Both the position numbers and the translations under genes were made by a program. From Paramoeba atlantica (Eukaryota > Protista > Discosea), in the NCBI GenBank assembly GCA_977017575.1, contig CDRNVI010000039.1:558001-622000 (forward strand): a stretch of DNA of 64,000 nt, given 5' to 3'. Of the stretch, positions 60,100-64,000 are shown in pieces (the first letter of the stretch is position 1; each line of letters opens with the position of its first letter). The notes beneath the pieces are model-generated. The model ran no database searches. It had not been told where the DNA came from and was given only the letters and a program-made list of their open reading frames with translations.

Positions 60100-61950
60100 T
60101 GTAGTTCTGTATACTGGTCCTCATCACTAGATTCTGCCCATGCACCACGCGAAACATGGAGCTTTCAATGGAGCCGAAGTTGGTCAAAGCATCATTAATG
60201 ATCTCCGCTTACGTTTGGGAGTAGATCGGATGATGAAATGGGCATACATGATCGCAGACAGAGCAGTGGTTAATCATGGCGCTCGCCATGAGGCAGAAAA
60301 TGAATTTCGAAGGTAAATTTTTAACAGATGAAACTACTTGGTTCATTGGTGGTTTGAAACTTCTTGGTGCGCGCATACGGGCCACCAAAGAAGCGCAAGA
60401 GGAATGGGTCCTTGCTAAAGTCCCTAAGGTATCCACGTCCTTGGGTAAATTTAAGGACTTCCCCAAGCAATGCGCCCTACCCCTGCACCGCCTCTGCGGG
60501 AGTCCCCGATGGAATTACATCGTGCGGACCCACGAACTCGAGGTTACAAAGAAGGCAAACTTGCAAGTGGACGCGGCCATCACGACATGCTCTGAAGCCT
60601 TAATCGGGTGGGTGGTGCCCTGGAAACGAAGCCGTTCGCAAACAAAGTATTTACGGCGGACTTCTTCCTTTACGGCGCACCATCCCCTTCGAAGACAAGG
60701 CGGAGGGCATGCAGGCCAGGGCGGTTAACGTTTTGCAAGGTCTTTCGCCGGACCCGTCAGCCAAGGAGCTGAGACGCACCTATGTTGCGGCGAAGCTAGA
60801 CAAGGATCGTTCGGTCACGCATTTGATCTGTATGAGACAGATCTAAAACGTCCGTTTGACGAAATGGATAAATGCATGGCAGAACAGGTCGGAGTACTAC
60901 ACGCGTGACCCGGAATTGGAAATTGAAGCTACAATTGTATACTCCGGTACCTGATTGCACCCACCTCGGACCCAGAGCTCCAGTATGTGTGCGACGCAGC
61001 CGATAAAGGAGTTAAGGAGACATTCCGGAACCTAGTTATTCAGGTTCTTTCTCTCTTCTACTCATTCAGGAACCCAGGCTCCCAATACGTGACCCGAAAC
61101 TCACTCGCACCTGCCCAAGAACTGGAAGCCAACACGGGATGGACCCTGCACGGCACGCAGATGGAAGTGTTCCGTGGGGGGGGGGGCAAAAAGTCGTACT
61201 CAGATCAACGCTCTGTTCTTCTTCACTCTAGTAGCATCAGTGTAACTACACTCTCGAAATTGATGCCAAACGAGACCCGCGAATGCCCGGCTGAATGGTG
61301 TTCCTGGAGCTCGGCGTCCCATACAAATTAACGGCAAGCTTTTTTCAACCACGTCGGCCTGCGACGCAGCGAAACCATTTCCGAGGAATGATAGACGGCC
61401 CAGGTTCTGTTACCCCTCATGGGGGAAAAACTGTGACCTAGTCAACAAGAGCTCACACCTCACCTCTCGTACCCCAAGTATCAACACGCCTATACCCACG
61501 TCAAAACAAGTGCAGGATTTACCACCCGACACAGCTGACAACGCCATAGACAGTTTACCATCGCTCGCCACGATGTGCATTACCTCGATTAACACTTGCA
61601 AAAATGTTTCGTATCGATGCCGGCAACTATGGGCCGCCGTGCGTTCAGACGTGCTTTGCGCCGCAGCGAAAGAAAACACCGCTTGGACTCTGTTGGCCAT
61701 GCTGCCGAAGTGTGTGCTCCCCGCCACTCACCGTGGAGGTCGAAACGGGCATACATTGTATATCCTACTCGCTGACAGGCCGGGGATTATGCCTCACTCT
61801 GGGAGAACGCAGTTAGCGTCCTCGAAAAGAAACGATCAGCTTCTACTCATGTTGGAGTGATGCGAACAGAAGTTCCGGCAGAACTCCTGGCACAAGGTGA
61901 ACTAACTCGAGGAATGACCGCTCTCACCGCGTCCCCTTTGGCTCCAGACG
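60100..61950 (+). pseudogene. Degraded CRE-like non-LTR retroelement coding relic(s)
   Basis: AFN...MKWAY (RT remnants), GLKLLGARI, KQCALPLHRLCGSPRWNYIVRT, LRRQGGG (thumb); then CPAEWC...FFNH zinc finger, AWTLLAMLPKCVL..HRGGR and LLAQGELTRGMTAL; many stops and frameshifts. Confidence 0.75.
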
Positions 61951-62029
61951 TGCAGATGTAGGATTTAGTGCTCTGAAAGCAAATACGCGAAAATGGCCCC
62001 ATTTGTACCTAAGAATCATCATTTTTGGC

Positions 62030-62300
62030 TTACATGTAAATCCTTCCTGTTTCTTCGGCTTTCCTGGCCAAATTTACTTTTTTAGTCGCTTCGTTAAACG
62101 CGGAGGTAGTTTTCAATGCGAAGCTCGCAGCATCAACCCACCCAAATATGTGTTCTAACACGCCTTGAGAAAACAAGAATAAGGAAAATTTGTCACGAAA
62201 GTTGACAGAAAAGAGAAAGCTGGTCAAGAAAGCATGTCCCCCCAGGAAGAGAGATTTGGCTATTTTGACCAAAAAACTATTCTCTTACTGGGGGGTCTGC
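62030..62300. mobile_element. Fragment related to the interior of the 33502 MITE and to the 53713 hairpin arm
   Basis: 62140-62295 aligns by eye to 34190-34345 (gagagatttggc.attt.gac..aaa..cattctcttactgggggg); 62085-62130 matches 53720-53770. Confidence 0.65.
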
Positions 62301-62339
62301 CGTAGTAGTTATAATGCGAATTCAGTGATCATTGCTTGA

Positions 62340-63443
62340 TCATTGTTCGTTGTTCCGCAAAACTCTTTTTGAAGCGAGTACACGTAAATTTTGGGCGCGA
62401 ATCTTTAGTTTCTTGGCGAGAATATTTTGGTTCATTCTGTTACATATGAGTAACGCGTCGCGAAGCATATTTCGTAAATGCAGGTGAATGGGATCTGAGG
62501 GAGGTGCACCAAGAGCTAGCGGGGCACCATCGAAAGATGCAGATGAAGTATAGTGAAGTGCTTTAAGAAACTTTTCAACTGTTCCTTGAAAAGGTGTAAC
62601 CAAAATTTTCAAAGCATCGTTCCAATTACCTCCTTTATATAGAGTACGCGCTAATGTACAAGCCAATGGTGGGCAACGAGAGATTTCTTCTTTCTCAGAG
62701 TGTTCTAGAATCAGTTCGGAGGCCTCAATCCAATATTCACGCCTCCGAGCTATGGCTCCTAAATACACATAATGAGTAGATGTAACATACTTCATCATTT
62801 TTGCGTCATTAAAAAAAGCCATCGTTTCTACCACGTTATTGTTCTGATAATAGTGGCGAAGCAGAGCTACAGTCAGAAGTTTTCTCTCTGAAGGAAAGCT
62901 TTGCAGCATTCTGGTTACTTCTTTAGGGCTGCAATTTGTGTCTAGTGATCTTAAGAGTGCGAACTGCAGAGAAATTTGACATGGAGATGTTTTCAGTCCA
63001 AAATGTTGATAATGATTCTGGAGTCTGCACGCAAGACTCAAAGCCTGATCGGGACGTATGTATGACAGACTGAAAAGCAAGTAAGAGCACAAAGAAGATA
63101 TCCACCCGCACATCGTCGCATGATTTACATATCCTTGATACGGCTTTCCAGGAGGACTGCTTCGTGTGCCAGACATCGAGCACGCATGCAACAAAACTCT
63201 TTCCTCGTAAGTTTGTATAAAATTTCTTGTCTGCAATATTAGGTTTGTAACGCATGACGGATTCTTGCAAAGAAGTAACGGAAGAAGTCCCTTTACGGAA
63301 AGCAGCACAGAACACCGAGGTCGTAGCTTATTTTGATTATTCAAGATTGCTATGGCTCGTTCCCATCTATTTGTCCGAACACAGGTATGCAGGAAATCTC
63401 GTAATTCCTGCTTAGATATGACTTCCGAAATGATAATTTTCAA
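62340..63443 (-). CDS. Hypothetical alpha-helical repeat (PPR-like) protein; start codon uncertain
   Basis: 367-codon open frame with W..A...L repeats; no early in-frame ATG; a nearby upstream ATG joins if the A5 run at about 63449-63453 gains or loses one base. Confidence 0.6.
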   Translation of the reverse strand: MKIIISEVISKQELRDFLHTCVRTNRWERAIAILNNQNKLRPRCSVLLSVKGLLPLLLCKNPSCVTNLILQTRNFIQTYEERVLLHACSMSGTRSSPPGKPYQGYVNHATMCGWISSLCSYLLFSLSYIRPDQALSLACRLQNHYQHFGLKTSPCQISLQFALLRSLDTNCSPKEVTRMLQSFPSERKLLTVALLRHYYQNNNVVETMAFFNDAKMMKYVTSTHYVYLGAIARRREYWIEASELILEHSEKEEISRCPPLACTLARTLYKGGNWNDALKILVTPFQGTVEKFLKALHYTSSASFDGAPLALGAPPSDPIHLHLRNMLRDALLICNRMNQNILAKKLKIRAQNLRVLASKRVLRNNEQ

Positions 63444-63781
63444 TCGGCTTTTTGTCTAAAAACATCCATTGGATATAAAGAAGAAAAATTCTATCATTTC
63501 AATTATTTCACATTATTGAAATTAAAAAATATTATTATTATAATTAAAAAAACATTAAGTCTCAATATAAAATGTAAATTAATACATAAACTTTAGTGAA
63601 AACAAACTGATAAAAGCTGAAGCCAAAACTTAGAATAGAATATGAAACTCTATTTTTTTACTCTATACCTTGCTTCCACAAAAACGTGGTATTACTTTAT
63701 ATGCAATATTATCAACGAAACGATTTTCAAAAAATTCATAGCACAAAGGACACTATGAATAAAGAATTCATATTGTGTCGC

Positions 63782-64000
63782 TTACGCCTCGAACGTACAT
63801 GTTGAGTACATAATAGCAACTAAATCTGCGTGGAGGTTTCCGTTGCAGTGATGCACTATCATTAGGATAATCCGATGATTGTTTTGTGGCGCTGAAAGGG
63901 TGTGTTTCGTCACACGAATCAGATCCGACCTTCCGTTTTCGCGAAGTAGTTCCCGAGATAAGCTCTCCATTATCAGAGTCACGATTTCGCCAAAGCTTTG
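63782..64000 (-). CDS. Possible 3' end of a gene running off the window edge
   Basis: Frame appears open to the end of the window on the cluster strand; no motif recognised. Confidence 0.35.
   Translation of the reverse strand, partial: QSFGEIVTLIMESLSRELLRENGRSDLIRVTKHTLSAPQNNHRIILMIVHHCNGNLHADLVAIMYSTCTFEA

Noticed and set aside
1-64000. N-terminal extensions predicted by the ORF track (SRP72, TRM112, SUI1, mL53-like, LRR, etc.)
   Set aside because: They translate pyrimidine-rich splice-acceptor regions (F/L/S/I-rich) from non-ATG or upstream starts; starts were moved to the first conserved Met.
1-64000. tRNA, rRNA, spliced-leader RNA or snoRNA genes
   Set aside because: No T-loop/cloverleaf, rRNA or SL signature recognised by eye; small snoRNAs cannot be excluded without a covariance search.

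Overview
Gene-dense, intronless eukaryotic DNA with about 36 host genes, all on the minus strand. That layout plus a JBP2 gene and kinetoplastid-type mitoribosomal proteins points to one polycistronic cluster of a kinetoplastid. Two 'LP..L..LDL..N.F.G' LRR genes resemble, from memory, the expanded LRR family of Perkinsela-like endosymbionts (inference, no search run). Host genes include SRP72, Tctex-1, TRM112, RPT2, NLE1, JBP2, eIF1/SUI1, MST, SAC1, LSm5, NSUN2, RPAP2, a TruD-like protein, ALDH3, an FHA kinase and phosphomevalonate kinase. The surprise is a heavy load of cut-and-paste DNA transposons, a class described as absent from trypanosomatids. These are: a full-length Tc1/IS630-type element with an unusually long DD51E spacing and a coiled-coil N-terminus; a degenerate DD47E relative; a pogo-type (DD30D) element carrying an intact Ulp1/SUMO-protease domain, inserted into a TAC codon of an LRR gene; and several MITE families with TA or TAA target duplications. 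CRE-like non-LTR retroelement remnants are also present. Three genes sit on C-rich-to-G-rich compositional islands strong enough to alter the encoded proteins. No tRNA, rRNA or CRISPR array was recognised. All calls are by eye from motifs.
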